62,279 nt of DNA from Syntrophales bacterium (GTDB lineage Bacteria > Desulfobacterota > Syntrophia > Syntrophales > UBA2210). Positions 62,112 through 62,279 of this stretch are shown here, one piece after another. The DNA is taken from NCBI GenBank assembly GCA_028718565.1, contig JAQULO010000005.1, positions 1 through 62,279 of the forward strand. The letters are read 5' to 3'. Both the position numbers and the translations under genes were made by a program. Position 1 is the stretch's first letter. Every line of letters starts with the position of its first letter. The notes under the pieces are model-generated. The model worked only from the letters and a program-made list of their open reading frames with translations. It made no database searches and was not told the DNA's origin.

Positions 62112-62279
62112 CATTAGCTATTTCTTTATGAGGTGAGGTATACATTTTTTTGAGGCAGTGTAATATATTTTGTGTAAATTTAAAAAGGTGTAGAAAAAGG
62201 CGCTTTTCCTTTAAAAAAGGGTTTATCCCAAAACCTAAATAAAAAGGAGAAAGCGCCATGAAACTGGAAGTGAGTGTAC

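Noticed and set aside
62199-62260. 8-bp pairing GGCGCTTT/AAAGCGCC that would occlude the spacer between the SD and the ATG of the ORF starting at 62258.
   Set aside because: The gene is cut off by the window edge after 7 codons, so neither its identity nor the significance of the stem can be judged.

Overview
This 62.3-kb bacterial window (about 50-55% GC by eye) is densely packed with genes, almost all of them core housekeeping. The gene content and order loosely suggest a deltaproteobacterial or Thermodesulfobacteriota-like anaerobe; that is a low-confidence inference.

Gene content, in order:
- dprA (partial)-topA-trmFO on the + strand.
- A long minus-strand block: coaX-birA-nadC-valS-miaA-mutL-MBL hydrolase-rmlD-truA-pgk-ispF-ispD-PIN/TRAM-carD.
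- An EF-G2-like paralogue, mogA, and lapA-HIT-phosphoesterase.
- An Fe-S/NAD/sulfur amino-acid supercluster: Rrf2 regulator-nifS-nifU-nadA-metY-metX-metW-cysK-cysE-MOSC.
- ligA and acyP.
- mltD-like lytic transglycosylase, prfB-lnt-corC, and a radical SAM gene.
- cspA and feoAB.
- An MBL hydrolase plus an HD hydrolase.
- A four-subunit 2-oxoacid:ferredoxin oxidoreductase plus an ACT-domain protein.
- purMN, DUF523, an FAD oxidoreductase, pfk, rpmB and recJ.
- At the 3' end, a visibly AT-richer glycan cluster: two GT4 glycosyltransferases and a Wzm/Wzt ABC exporter.

I found no rRNA, tRNA, CRISPR array, transposase, integrase, prophage or recognisable defence island. I could not identify a multi-gene novel system.

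The observations most worth follow-up are:
1. A near-consensus sigma-54 promoter followed about 110 nt later by a perfect intrinsic terminator. Together they delimit a start-codon-free RNA of about 134 nt carrying two CCUCCUCC anti-Shine-Dalgarno motifs, a candidate sigma-54-dependent sRNA.
2. Reading-frame lesions in nifS, in the MOSC gene and at the corC start. Each could be a true pseudogene, recoding, or an assembly error.
3. A roughly 54-nt hairpin element present twice, directly in front of consecutive genes of the glycan cluster.
4. A perfect 24-nt direct repeat in the rpmB leader.
5. A roughly 300-nt unassigned structured spacer containing a (GGA)8 microsatellite.

The classical prfB +1 programmed frameshift site is present and intact.

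All functional calls rest on motif recognition in the supplied translations. No database search was run.
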